From the IMG/VR virus record IMGVR_UViG_3300043787_000001, positions 1 through 48,044 of that record: DNA of 48,044 nucleotides, one strand, 5' to 3'. Source of the DNA: a virus (taxonomy: Duplodnaviria; Caudoviricetes). The position numbers were made by a program, and so were the translations under genes. Below, piece after piece: positions 34,187-43,968 of this stretch. Every line of letters starts with the position of its first letter. Position 1 is the stretch's first letter. The notes beneath the pieces are model-generated. The model saw only the letters and a program-made list of their open reading frames with translations, was not told where the DNA came from and ran no database searches.

Positions 34187-34674
34187 AGTTCCGTTTCCTG
34201 TTGACGACGTATGACTTGCCCATAACAGTTGTTACTTCTGATACGGCAGTCGCGGCCCCCGTCGTAAATCCAGCGGTTGATTTGGGCACACGCGGCAGCA
34301 CGGTTGCCCGCATTCAGGTCTTTCAGGAATGTACTTGCGGCACACTTGCCCGGCCCGATGTTGTACGCACAGAACGAAATGACGGCGGCGCGTTCGGGTT
34401 GTGTCAACGGAACCGTTACTATCCGGTTCACTACCGCCGCCGCTTCGTTCACTGCTGCCGCGTCCATCTTAGCGCATTCGTCGGGGGTGAACCGGTCGCC
34501 CTTCTTCACCCCCTTCGTTACGCCCATGCAAGCCGTGTAGATGCCGTTATCGTCCTGGTAGGCAGTCAGCCTGTCAGTGCCTTCTTTTTCCTGAAGGAAC
34601 TGTGTTGCGATAGCAACGGCTGACGCACCCGCCGCAACGAGTGCCAACACTTTACGGCTTAATGTCGTTGTCAT
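34171..34674 (-). CDS. SAR endolysin (GH24 lysozyme)
   Basis: Ala/Gly-rich N-terminal anchor; E(G)..AYQD.NGIYT catalytic triad; YNIG and RR..E..LC motifs. Confidence 0.9.
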   Translation of the reverse strand: MTTTLSRKVLALVAAGASAVAIATQFLQEKEGTDRLTAYQDDNGIYTACMGVTKGVKKGDRFTPDECAKMDAAAVNEAAAVVNRIVTVPLTQPERAAVISFCAYNIGPGKCAASTFLKDLNAGNRAAACAQINRWIYDGGRDCRIRSNNCYGQVIRRQQETELCRMN

Positions 34675-34924
34675 CGCCGCCTTTCTCCGTTCGACGTTGC
34701 AGCACGTGCCAGCGCGACCAGTCCTTACGGAACACACCATTGCGAATCGCAACGATATAGTCAGTCATCCACGGCAATGCCTTGAATATCTGGATTGCTG
34801 AATATGTCGCCGCCAGCACCCCCGCAACCTGCCCAACTGCCCCCGAACTTGCAACCATGCTATACGCCGCCCCCGTTGTAACAGCCGTGACCTTTGCGGC
34901 GCTTGCGGCTAATGATTCGTTCAT
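34652..34924 (-). CDS. Putative holin/pinholin
   Basis: AAGGA RBS; hydrophobic segments, charged C-terminus; overlaps the endolysin start. Confidence 0.7.
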   Translation of the reverse strand: MNESLAASAAKVTAVTTGAAYSMVASSGAVGQVAGVLAATYSAIQIFKALPWMTDYIVAIRNGVFRKDWSRWHVLQRRTEKGGDDNDIKP

Positions 34925-34937
34925 GATGGCTGGTCCT

Positions 34938-36467
34938 TTATGCGTATTCGTACACAATCCACACGCCGGGCAAACCGGCAATACCTGCCGTTGCCGCTGA
35001 ACTTACACCTGTGCCGATTGCGTTACCGCCGCTACCATATCCAGATAGTGACGTTTGACCCAACGGCGAACGACCGCCGCGCCCGGCCGCAAAGTTTGAC
35101 GCCGTTGGTTGTGCGCATACGCCGAATGTTCCCGACTCGCCAGAAAGTGCTGACATAATTTCAGCAGCGCCGGTAATTGTCGGCGCTGCTGTTGCTGCGG
35201 CTGGTAGCACAACAACAGGACTGGTGCCCGTGGCACCGCCACCAGCAGCACCCGGAATACCGCCCGGCAGTAGCGCAAGCGCACCTGATGTGCCAAATGT
35301 GGACGCGCCGCCAGCAGTGCCGTTATTAGCACCGGCAGCACCACCATTACCAGCAGCGCCAGCAACATAAGGAATTCCGCCGGTAAAGCCCGAAGTAAAT
35401 CGGGCTTTCACATATGCACCTGCCGAACCCGGTTGACTTAGAGTACTGGTCGTGCTGTTAGTGGCAGCATTGCCGCCGCTACCGCCGCCCCCGGCGCTAC
35501 CTTCAAGAATGATGCTATTTGTGCCGGGCGTTGCGTTGTATGTACCACTTCCGGCCGGAAGAATCTGCACGTTAATCAGCGTGCCGGTCGGAATCGGGTC
35601 AAGAATCACCCATTCTGTACCGTCATACTCAACGTCGGTCAGAAGGCCGTTGTACACAACGCCAGCGGCAAGCGCACCGTTCGGGCCGAACTGTTTCAAC
35701 GCGACCGCGCCCAAACCGTTCACATTAAGTGTGTTACTTCCGGTCGTACCGGCCGCACCGAACTTCACACGGAACCGCAGATTAGCGGTCAACGACGTTA
35801 CCGCTGGCGATGCCGCCAACGTGAATGCAGGGGCCGTGCCAGCGGTTGCAAACGCTGTTGCGGCCTGTTGCTGAAGCTGCTGAAGCTGTGGTGCCTGTGT
35901 TGCTGACGTTGCTGGGCCGACGTTGAAAACCTGCGTTGCGCTGCCTGCCAGAAGCGCACGAAGCGCCGTTTGCTGCGCAACCAACAGCGGCGTCATGATT
36001 GCGGCATTGTTGGTGCCTGCCGCTGCTTGTGCGCTGGTTGCGATAGGATCGCAAACAATCTGCCAACCCGTCGTTGCGCCCAACGGGTCGCTTGCTGACG
36101 GCGTTGCCACATTGTTCGCAACAATTGAAACGAACTTCTGAAACGGTGCATTGCCCGACGCCGACCACAGTACGACAGAACCAAGCCCGTACGAAATGGC
36201 AACACCGCCGTTCTGCGATGCAAGGATGAATTCAGGCACCGTTTCTTTCTGAAGCGCCTGCAACGCCGTCGTGATCGTGTTAATCAGGTAATTCATCGTG
36301 CTACGGTCAATCGGCAATGCTGCCGGGTCCGTAGACAGGTCGCGCTGATAGTTGAAGTTCCAACCTTCAGTGAACGATACCGTACCGCCCACTTGCAACG
36401 GGTCAGGGATAACCGTTTGATCGCCGCCTGTTGCCCACGGTACATCGAAGTACTTTTGATTGCTCAT
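34938..36467 (-). CDS. Tail fiber protein with glycine-rich C-terminal domain
   Basis: FDVPWATGGD..VSFTEGW..NY N-terminal baseplate anchor; Gly-rich C-terminus ending WIVYEY. Confidence 0.85.
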   Translation of the reverse strand: MSNQKYFDVPWATGGDQTVIPDPLQVGGTVSFTEGWNFNYQRDLSTDPAALPIDRSTMNYLINTITTALQALQKETVPEFILASQNGGVAISYGLGSVVLWSASGNAPFQKFVSIVANNVATPSASDPLGATTGWQIVCDPIATSAQAAAGTNNAAIMTPLLVAQQTALRALLAGSATQVFNVGPATSATQAPQLQQLQQQAATAFATAGTAPAFTLAASPAVTSLTANLRFRVKFGAAGTTGSNTLNVNGLGAVALKQFGPNGALAAGVVYNGLLTDVEYDGTEWVILDPIPTGTLINVQILPAGSGTYNATPGTNSIILEGSAGGGGSGGNAATNSTTSTLSQPGSAGAYVKARFTSGFTGGIPYVAGAAGNGGAAGANNGTAGGASTFGTSGALALLPGGIPGAAGGGATGTSPVVVLPAAATAAPTITGAAEIMSALSGESGTFGVCAQPTASNFAAGRGGRSPLGQTSLSGYGSGGNAIGTGVSSAATAGIAGLPGVWIVYEYA

Positions 36468-36469
36468 AA

Positions 36470-37552
36470 TCAGTTTTCCGCCCAAAAAGTGCCGTTGTTA
36501 AAGTTCTGATTGAACGCACCAAAACCAAACGCGGGACGCGTTGAAATGATGTAACGCACGCCTACAGCGGCCGGGCGCGGCAAGACATCGAAGTTTTCAA
36601 GGATAAATTGTAAGGCACTGTTCGGCGTGAACCCGAAAACGTAAGTCACATACTGCATGTTGTTGCCGTCAAGCACGTACACATTCCCGAAGTCGCCAAG
36701 AATAGCCTTGATGCGCTGATTAATTTCCGGCACGGTGCAACGACTAATCAGCTTGTAATATTGCAACTGCAACAGGATGCGCTTCTGTGCCAGCGTCAGG
36801 CCCGCACCCGCCTGTGATGCGCCGAAATTGCCCTGGTTGAAGTTCTGCCGACCATTGCTGACGGCGTTGTTTGCCTTCAATTGCGGATTGAAAACCGCTA
36901 CTTCGCACGCGCTGGTTGTTGACGACAGGATGTTGAACGCGGTTTGCGCTGCGCCAAGCGTGCCGGTCAGCGTTACCGTAGTCCATACCGATGTACTCAA
37001 CGCGGGCCAGTTACCAAGCGTAGTACCCCCGACATCGCTGGCAAGCGTGCCTTGCGTGCCGCTTATCAACATTGCCTGAAACGATAACGTGACCTGACCG
37101 GCAGGAATGCCCCCGGCAATCGGCGTCATCGCCATGTGCTTCGACGTGCTACCCGTCATGTTCAATAGCACGGCCTGCGTGCTGCCGTTCGGGTCAGGCT
37201 GACCCGCTGTTGCCGTCACGGTGCCGGTCGGCGTCCACGTCGCGCCAACGTCGGCCCTGTCGGTCAGCAGTTCGGGAAAGTCGAAACCAAATTGCGGGCC
37301 GGGATTAGGCGCGGTGATAAGTTGCAGCGGCACGCCAAGGATTTGCGCCCATACCGAAAGGCCAAACTCGTTGGCCGTTTCGAGATTGAAGACGTTCGTA
37401 CACCAGTCGTTCCAGAACTGTTCATGATTTTCGCTATACCAATCCTGTTTCGCCTGCATAAGCGACTGAAGAACGTCAGCTTCGTTGTGCCGCCATAGCA
37501 GTGACGAAAGGATGTTGACGCTAAAATCAAAGTCTTCAATGCTCGAACTCAT
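36470..37552 (-). CDS. Baseplate protein (DUF2612-like) with inserted beta-rich domain
   Basis: VFNLETANEFGLSVW and LPRPAAV motifs; between baseplate J and the tail fiber. Confidence 0.8.
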   Translation of the reverse strand: MSSSIEDFDFSVNILSSLLWRHNEADVLQSLMQAKQDWYSENHEQFWNDWCTNVFNLETANEFGLSVWAQILGVPLQLITAPNPGPQFGFDFPELLTDRADVGATWTPTGTVTATAGQPDPNGSTQAVLLNMTGSTSKHMAMTPIAGGIPAGQVTLSFQAMLISGTQGTLASDVGGTTLGNWPALSTSVWTTVTLTGTLGAAQTAFNILSSTTSACEVAVFNPQLKANNAVSNGRQNFNQGNFGASQAGAGLTLAQKRILLQLQYYKLISRCTVPEINQRIKAILGDFGNVYVLDGNNMQYVTYVFGFTPNSALQFILENFDVLPRPAAVGVRYIISTRPAFGFGAFNQNFNNGTFWAEN

Positions 37553-38802
37553 GAAGTCACCGTTACCGAAAATGCGGTGTTGTTGGTCTGCGCACGCTGG
37601 TTCTGTGCAATCGTCACGTCGGTCGGATTCAACGAACCCGGCGAAGTGCCGATGCTACAACCCATGACGATACAGCCGGGGCATGCCGAAACGACTGCGG
37701 CGGCAATCTCGAACGGGCTGACGTTCTGACCGATGCCGACCGCCGTAAAGCCGTCTACCGCGCCGACGAAGTAATTGGCGACGGCCTGTGCTGCGTCGGC
37801 CTGCAAGTTGCCGGTGTAACTGCCTTGCCGAATCGTCAACGCGCCGTAGATAAACACATACGTTGGCACATCGTACAAAACCGTGTAAGTCTGCCCGCTT
37901 GCTGGTTCGACCACAGGCACCGATTGCGCGCCGTTCCAGCCCGCGCCGTCAGTCTTGTTGTTCAGCAGCGTCGTACCGATTTGCAACGGTGTTGCGGTGC
38001 CGTCCACACACGCCCAAATGCTGTGCGGTTGCAATGTGATGCCGTTGATGGTCTGGACGCTACTGCTGACGTTTTCCAGATACGCAACCGACGTGACGAC
38101 AAAATTGCCGTTCGCGTCCTTCAGGCCGTACAGGTTCGAGACTTGCGCCTGTACGGTGCTGATGCCTTGCAAGGCAAGCGTGTTGTTACGCAACGCACGC
38201 AACGATGCGTCAGTCTGCTGATTGGTGCCCAGCGTCGTGACGGATGCGGGCGTGCCCGACTGATTGTTGGTGATGGTTTCCCAACCAAGGATTGAATCAA
38301 CCGGCCAGTTAAGCGCACCGCTGGCAACCGCAGTCGGACCCGCAACAGCCGCAGCAAACGTGCCGTATGCGACGCCGCCGCCAGAGCCGTTGTTAGCCAG
38401 CACCACGCCGGTTTGCAGGGTGAAGATTGCGCCGCCCTGACCCAATGATGCCCGCGTGCCTGCGGGAATGATTGTGTTGATAATCCCGGTCAGCATCACG
38501 TTTGTCACTTGCGACGGCGTAGCGGCGGCACGCGTCAGACCCAGCAACGCACACAACGCGTCAAGGAACAATCCGCCCGCAAGGTTCGGATTGATTTGGT
38601 TTGCAATCTTCGCGTTGGCATTGAGAACGGATGTACGCGCGGTCGTTTCAGCCGCAATCATGACGCCCTGCGGCGTGCTAGGGTCAACACTCAGATTCGC
38701 GCCAAACGCCGCTTGCCATTCCGCTTGCACATCGGTCAGGACATCCGACGTGTCGGGCGACACAACGCCCGTTTCAGTGATGTAATCGTATACGTCGCTC
38801 AT
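37549..38802 (-). CDS. Baseplate J-like wedge protein
   Basis: TPQG, INPNLAGG.FLD, D..LR.R-like and PHSIW.CVDG motifs. Confidence 0.88.
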   Translation of the reverse strand: MSDVYDYITETGVVSPDTSDVLTDVQAEWQAAFGANLSVDPSTPQGVMIAAETTARTSVLNANAKIANQINPNLAGGLFLDALCALLGLTRAAATPSQVTNVMLTGIINTIIPAGTRASLGQGGAIFTLQTGVVLANNGSGGGVAYGTFAAAVAGPTAVASGALNWPVDSILGWETITNNQSGTPASVTTLGTNQQTDASLRALRNNTLALQGISTVQAQVSNLYGLKDANGNFVVTSVAYLENVSSSVQTINGITLQPHSIWACVDGTATPLQIGTTLLNNKTDGAGWNGAQSVPVVEPASGQTYTVLYDVPTYVFIYGALTIRQGSYTGNLQADAAQAVANYFVGAVDGFTAVGIGQNVSPFEIAAAVVSACPGCIVMGCSIGTSPGSLNPTDVTIAQNQRAQTNNTAFSVTVTS

Positions 38803-39173
38803 AGTTGACCAGCCAGCCCGGTAATAGTTGTTTGACCATACACGGTGTCGATAACCGTGGAGTAATTCAGGACGTTCGCGTTGCTATACATGCTGAAAGA
38901 TTCAACGCCGGTCACGTTCGGCGTGTTCGTGATAATGGCCCGTGCTGCCGCTTCGAACTGCTTAGGATTGAATGTATTGAATGCGGTTTGTGCGGTCGGC
39001 ATGCCGCTGTCTGCCGCGTACTTCATTTCGCCGCGTTGCGCTTCAATGCGCGACTTGCACAACTGCCCGGTCGCAATGGCGTTATTTGGCGCAGCGTCGG
39101 TGAAGAACGCGATGTTGCCGTTGCCATCCAAAAACATGTCGCGGTTTGCGTTCTCTGCAATAGTCGTTGTCAC
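38799..39173 (-). CDS. Baseplate wedge/sheath-initiator protein
   Basis: 124 aa with GE....GMP and IDTVYG; synteny. Confidence 0.7.
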   Translation of the reverse strand: MTTTIAENANRDMFLDGNGNIAFFTDAAPNNAIATGQLCKSRIEAQRGEMKYAADSGMPTAQTAFNTFNPKQFEAAARAIITNTPNVTGVESFSMYSNANVLNYSTVIDTVYGQTTITGLAGQL

Positions 39174-39895
39174 ACCACACCCCCTGAATTGCCGCTACCC
39201 GGCTGAACGTTACTGTGTTCGTGCGGCAAGAACGAACGCCCGGCAATGGTCGTATTTGTCGGCAGACTGACGGCCCCTGTGACTTGCGTACCGAAGCCAG
39301 TAGCGTTGACGTTGTACGAACCCGTGTTGACCGTCACCGACGATGACATGTTTATTTCCAGCGTCTGACCATTCAGTTGAATGTCAGGCGCTAACAGGTT
39401 AATTCTACCTTCGGTCAAAACAATTCTTGTCGAACCGTCCAGACTGCTGATAACCATGCCGCCCGCGTCAGGCGTGAACGTGTAGTTGTCGAACACATCC
39501 GGCACGAAACGCCCTGACTCGAACGAATGCAACCGGCCGTCATTCGGTGACGACATTTGCGCGCTTTGCAGGAACAGCGATATGTCGCGGTCGCTTGCTT
39601 CAATCCAGCCGATGTCGCCCGGCCCCAATGGAAAGTTAACGAAGAAGTTGCCGCCGCCCAGCGCCAGAACCGGCACCGCCGCGATAGGCGCACGCCCTAT
39701 GCGTTGCCCGCTAGTGCTGATGATGCTGATTAGCGGTTGTACCAACGCGCGGTTGCTAGTGCGGTTGTAACTGATGATTTGCGCTGGCAACTGTCCGTCA
39801 GTCTTCTGCAATAGTTTCTTGAACAGGAACGACAGCGCCGCGCCAAGGTCGCCGTCTATCGCGGGCGGTTTTGATGGTATTTGCGGTGTGCTCAT
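39170..39895 (-). CDS. Baseplate central spike
   Basis: OB-fold motif VPV..FP..PGD.G; C-terminal HEH metal-binding motif. Confidence 0.85.
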   Translation of the reverse strand: MSTPQIPSKPPAIDGDLGAALSFLFKKLLQKTDGQLPAQIISYNRTSNRALVQPLISIISTSGQRIGRAPIAAVPVLALGGGNFFVNFPLGPGDIGWIEASDRDISLFLQSAQMSSPNDGRLHSFESGRFVPDVFDNYTFTPDAGGMVISSLDGSTRIVLTEGRINLLAPDIQLNGQTLEINMSSSVTVNTGSYNVNATGFGTQVTGAVSLPTNTTIAGRSFLPHEHSNVQPGSGNSGGVV

Positions 39896-40764
39896 GGCAG
39901 GCTATTTGACCAAAACATTTGTGGGTAGCGGGTCGCTTCGATTACGTCATAGAACGGTACGTCGCGCGTCGCAATTTCGAAGCCGGTTCGATAAATAGTG
40001 TAATTGCCGTTCAGTGACGGGTTCTGCACGCTGGTCAGCGCAAGCGCGCCGCCCAGCTTCACGCCGGGTGATAACAGGCATTTGATGCGAATGCCGTACT
40101 CCGTCAACTCAACTTGTCCAATCATCCCTTGGTCTTGCGATACGGCAAAAACCGAATTCGTCAGTGCAACGCCCTTGTCCTTGCACACCAACGTACCGTC
40201 ATCAACATACGCGTCGATTGCGCCCAACTGCTGAAGCCGGGTAATCTGCCCCGTGGCGCTGCCGCTGTACGCATAGTTCCCAATGTTGCGGTCAGTCGCT
40301 TCGAATTGCAGATTGACGCCAAGACGCGCTGCGATGTCCTTCGATATCTGCGACAGCGGCGCGGTAACGGCGTACGACTGCGCAACAATGTCATTCTTGA
40401 AGAACTGCATTGTGCGCGAACGGATGTTCGTGATGATGTCGGGCGGTTGCGTTGAAATTGCGCTGACGATATCGCCCTGATACCGCAAGAACATTCCCGT
40501 GCTTACGCGACCGGCCCATACCTGCACTGACTTGCGCGACTGGTTGTAATCGAACGGCGTCAGGTTCGTTGCTAACGAATTCCGCAAATGACGTGACAGG
40601 TTCGCTACCTGTATCGTGCATTCGTTCTGCGTAACGTCAACGAACTTGCTGCCCGTCGCGTAGATGAACGGCGGTTCTTTTGGGAAACCTTGCGACGTGT
40701 CGATAGTCGCGGTTTCAGACCCGTAGGTAAAGACCAGTTTTACGATTCGGTCATCAAACATCAC
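39892..40764 (-). CDS. Baseplate hub protein
   Basis: I..ANL, V.AG and GMIG motifs; synteny. Confidence 0.75.
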   Translation of the reverse strand: MMFDDRIVKLVFTYGSETATIDTSQGFPKEPPFIYATGSKFVDVTQNECTIQVANLSRHLRNSLATNLTPFDYNQSRKSVQVWAGRVSTGMFLRYQGDIVSAISTQPPDIITNIRSRTMQFFKNDIVAQSYAVTAPLSQISKDIAARLGVNLQFEATDRNIGNYAYSGSATGQITRLQQLGAIDAYVDDGTLVCKDKGVALTNSVFAVSQDQGMIGQVELTEYGIRIKCLLSPGVKLGGALALTSVQNPSLNGNYTIYRTGFEIATRDVPFYDVIEATRYPQMFWSNSLP

Positions 40765-41129
40765 GCCGCCTGATTCGAAGCCAATGCAATTGTTTGTGCG
40801 TTTGCCGCGATGGTTGCGCGCCCTGCCGCCATTTCCGCGTTGGACGCATACAGCAAGACATCGCCAGAACCAAAGTTCTCATACTGCGGGTTATTGCCGC
40901 TGGCCGTCGTCCAGAAGAAGTTACCGCCTTCACCTTCAAGGTACGCGTAGGGCAATACCATTTGACCAACGATGCACGGGCACGATGAGGCGACAACCGT
41001 GCCGTTCACCGTGACATCCATGAACATCATGTCGTCGCCGTCGAACCAAACCCGGATGTCATATTGCTGGCCGTCAGAGATAAAGGTCGGCTCCTGATTC
41101 GGAATCGCCTGCAAATTTATCGGCATCAT
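40761..41129 (-). CDS. Baseplate protein
   Basis: INLQAIPNQ..LLY pattern; between the Dit-like and hub genes. Confidence 0.7.
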   Translation of the reverse strand: MMPINLQAIPNQEPTFISDGQQYDIRVWFDGDDMMFMDVTVNGTVVASSCPCIVGQMVLPYAYLEGEGGNFFWTTASGNNPQYENFGSGDVLLYASNAEMAAGRATIAANAQTIALASNQAA

Positions 41130-41728
41130 CAGAAGATACCCCCTAGATAGTTCGTAATCTGATACAGGGCCGATTGCTGCGGTTGTTGCGTTCCGGTGTT
41201 GACCGTACTGGCGTCGGCCGGTTGCTGCACGTTCGTTGCCGTCAGCGCCTGGTATTGAACGATGACTTCTTGAATTTCCCGCAACTTCAGCGCAAGCGGA
41301 ATTGCATCAAACATGTCGGCGGTTTCTTCATGCGGCATCGCCTGTATCAGCATGTCAGAAAACACGTCGGCTTTGGTCTGGATTGACAGTTGCGTGCCGG
41401 TCAAAAAGCAGGTGCGAATCTGCTGATACACCGATTGGTATTCGTCGCCCGTAAGAATCAACGACAGTTCGATATCGACCGGTTGAATAATCATGAAGTC
41501 CTGCACAATCGACCCGTCTTCAATTGGGTGTTCCATGATTTTCGCAACGCGGTTGATGTTCGCCTTGATGGGCCGCGCGGTACTGAAAAGTTGCTGAAAC
41601 GTGTCGTTGTCATAGATACCAACGACATCAACGCCAAACATCGATAAGACGCTTTGCGTTATTTGGTTGACGCCCGCCAGAATGCCTTGAACGTTACCGG
41701 CCTGCCGAACAAGATTCGTAAATGACAT
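41129..41728 (-). CDS. Tail tube initiator/Dit-like protein
   Basis: HPIEDGS..D...QP motif directly after the tape measure. Confidence 0.75.
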   Translation of the reverse strand: MSFTNLVRQAGNVQGILAGVNQITQSVLSMFGVDVVGIYDNDTFQQLFSTARPIKANINRVAKIMEHPIEDGSIVQDFMIIQPVDIELSLILTGDEYQSVYQQIRTCFLTGTQLSIQTKADVFSDMLIQAMPHEETADMFDAIPLALKLREIQEVIVQYQALTATNVQQPADASTVNTGTQQPQQSALYQITNYLGGIF

Positions 41729-41730
41729 AG

Positions 41731-43764
41731 TTACCCCGCAATGCCGTCGTCATGCTGGTCAACGGCGTTGTTAATGTGCGTCTTCAGTGCGTCAACGACC
41801 GCCTTGCCAACCCCGGCCGTATCCGTTGCGGCGGTATGCACATGCACGTCACCGACTTGAACCGTGGTTGTCTTGGCGTTGTTTGCCGTGTTCACGCCCG
41901 CCGCTGCGCCGGGTTGTGCAAGTGGCGCAGAACCGGCATCAGACAACTGCGACTGCGCCGCGTAGATTTGCGACGCGTACTGTTCACGCCGGGCGTTGTT
42001 GGCTTCTGCCGCGCCGGGGCGTTCATAATATTGCGAATGAATGTCTGCGGCCTGTTCTGCCGTCGTTGCGGCACGCAGTCTGCGCCCGGCCCCTTGCTCT
42101 TTACCTTTCGTCAGTTCGTAATTGACGAACGCAACCTGTTCGTCAACGCTCGAACCTTCAAGCGGATGCCCGGCCCATTTTTCGAAGTCCTTGACGCGCG
42201 GCCCCAACCATTGACCCAAACCATACGCGCCCGAATTCGGGTTGCGTGCGTCGGCCTTACCCTGGCTTTCCTGCATAAGCGAACCGGCGATACCTGCGGC
42301 CTGTTCCTTCGACCAGCCCAGCGCCTGAAACTTGTCGGCTATCTGTCGGCCGGTCGCGGTCGATTGACCAAGACGTGCCGTTGCTGCGGGTGTTGCGGGT
42401 GCGGCTTTAGGCGTATTCAGCGGCGTGTTCGTATCGTCGTAATGACCGCCCGTGACATTCGCCAGCCAGTGTCCGACCTTATCTAGCCATTTCGGCGCGT
42501 CGATAGTTGCGATTTTGCCAAGCCATTCCCAAAACGATTTAAGCAGCGTCACGCCCTTATCGAACAGGTCAATGACGGGTTGAAACGCGCCCTTGTATTG
42601 ATTCCACGCGTTGACGCCTTCAGTCAGCAGCACGTTCGCTGCCCACTTGATAGCGTCAACAATCAGCTTCCATGACATTTGCACAATTTCAGCAATGCTT
42701 CGGGCGCGCTGTCCAATTATCGGCCAGCGCGCGACAATCTCACCGATGAGCGATGCCTGACCGCTGCGGAACTTTTCGATGTCGTCAATGATTAGGCCGA
42801 TGACAATACCAAGGGCGATAAACGGTGCAGCAGCGGCCAATACAGGCGCTATAAGCGCCCACATCGCGGCGGCAGCGGTAAGCAGCGGCGGCACCAGCAC
42901 CGACGCCACCACGACACCGATAGCTGCGAACGTGGCGATTGCGACGGCCTTGTGTTCGTATAGCCATGTAATCATCTTGTCCAGCCCTTGCACGACCCAT
43001 GTGAAGGCGGGCAACAGTTCCTGTGCAATGCTGCGTTTGACGCCTTCGAACGTCAAACCTAGTTCCTTCTGTGCAATGGTGTACTTCATTGACGCTGCGG
43101 CCTGTTCGTCAGTGACCGCGTGCAACTCGCGTTCCTTCGCAATCAGTTCGTCAAACGACCGACGCCCTTGCGCCAGTAGCATGATGGTGCCCTGGTCAAG
43201 GCCCAACTTTTGCCCAATGAACAATTGCTTCGTCCGGTCCAGTTTGGCGAAGTTGTCAGCGATTGCGGACAGCGCAATGGTCGGGTCTTTGATGGCATCG
43301 TGCATGGTCTGCGCCGACGCGCCCAAATTCTGAAACGCAATCGTCATCGGGCTTACGCCCATCGTGCCGAATCGCGCTACGTCAACGAACCCATCGCGCA
43401 ACTTGTTCAACGTCGCGGTCGCCTGTTCTGCGGTGCCGCCCATTGCGATGGTCGCAGACTGATACGCCGATAGCGATTCAACGGACATGTTCATCGCGCG
43501 GGCCTGAAGCGCAGCGGCGGTTGTATGCGCCGCCGTATCGTTCACCAGCGCTTTAATTGCGCCCAGCGCCAGAATGCCAGCCAACGCACCGGCCGCATTC
43601 TTCGCCATGTTCACGAAGTTCGCGGCAAGTTTGTCGGCCGACAGGTCAACATCGTCAACAGCCTTTTTCAGTTTCTTCGCTGACGCTTCACCGGCTTCTG
43701 TTCCCTTCTTGACGCCCGATGCGTCAGCTTCGAACATGAAAAAGAACGTATCAAGGATGTTCAC
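41731..43764 (-). CDS. Tape measure protein with C-terminal tail lysozyme domain
   Basis: Helical Ala-rich body with TM segments; AAGIAGSLMQES, AYGLGQW and YERP motifs (Phage_lysozyme2-like). Confidence 0.9.
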   Translation of the reverse strand: MNILDTFFFMFEADASGVKKGTEAGEASAKKLKKAVDDVDLSADKLAANFVNMAKNAAGALAGILALGAIKALVNDTAAHTTAAALQARAMNMSVESLSAYQSATIAMGGTAEQATATLNKLRDGFVDVARFGTMGVSPMTIAFQNLGASAQTMHDAIKDPTIALSAIADNFAKLDRTKQLFIGQKLGLDQGTIMLLAQGRRSFDELIAKERELHAVTDEQAAASMKYTIAQKELGLTFEGVKRSIAQELLPAFTWVVQGLDKMITWLYEHKAVAIATFAAIGVVVASVLVPPLLTAAAAMWALIAPVLAAAAPFIALGIVIGLIIDDIEKFRSGQASLIGEIVARWPIIGQRARSIAEIVQMSWKLIVDAIKWAANVLLTEGVNAWNQYKGAFQPVIDLFDKGVTLLKSFWEWLGKIATIDAPKWLDKVGHWLANVTGGHYDDTNTPLNTPKAAPATPAATARLGQSTATGRQIADKFQALGWSKEQAAGIAGSLMQESQGKADARNPNSGAYGLGQWLGPRVKDFEKWAGHPLEGSSVDEQVAFVNYELTKGKEQGAGRRLRAATTAEQAADIHSQYYERPGAAEANNARREQYASQIYAAQSQLSDAGSAPLAQPGAAAGVNTANNAKTTTVQVGDVHVHTAATDTAGVGKAVVDALKTHINNAVDQHDDGIAG

Positions 43765-43778
43765 TTTTGGTTGCTCCG

Positions 43779-43968
43779 TTACTGCTGACGCTGCGCCCTG
43801 CGTTCAGCTTCTTGATTGGCAAGGTATTCGTTCGCTCTACGCACCATAATCACTTCGAACATGTTCAACGCATCTTCAAGTGTGTATACGGTGCGTAGTT
43901 CGTTCAGGGTTGCGCCGCCCCGTCCTGTTTCGCTTGTAAGACAGGCGATAAGTCCGTCAACGTTTTTT
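43779..43968 (-). CDS. Tail assembly chaperone C-terminal extension (probable -1 frameshift product)
   Basis: ATLNELRTVYTLED motif; no good independent start; overlaps the chaperone 3' end in the -1 frame. Confidence 0.6.

Noticed and set aside
34938-36467. Diversity-generating retroelement or invertible tail fiber
   Set aside because: No reverse transcriptase, invertase or second template copy of the fiber C-terminus was seen
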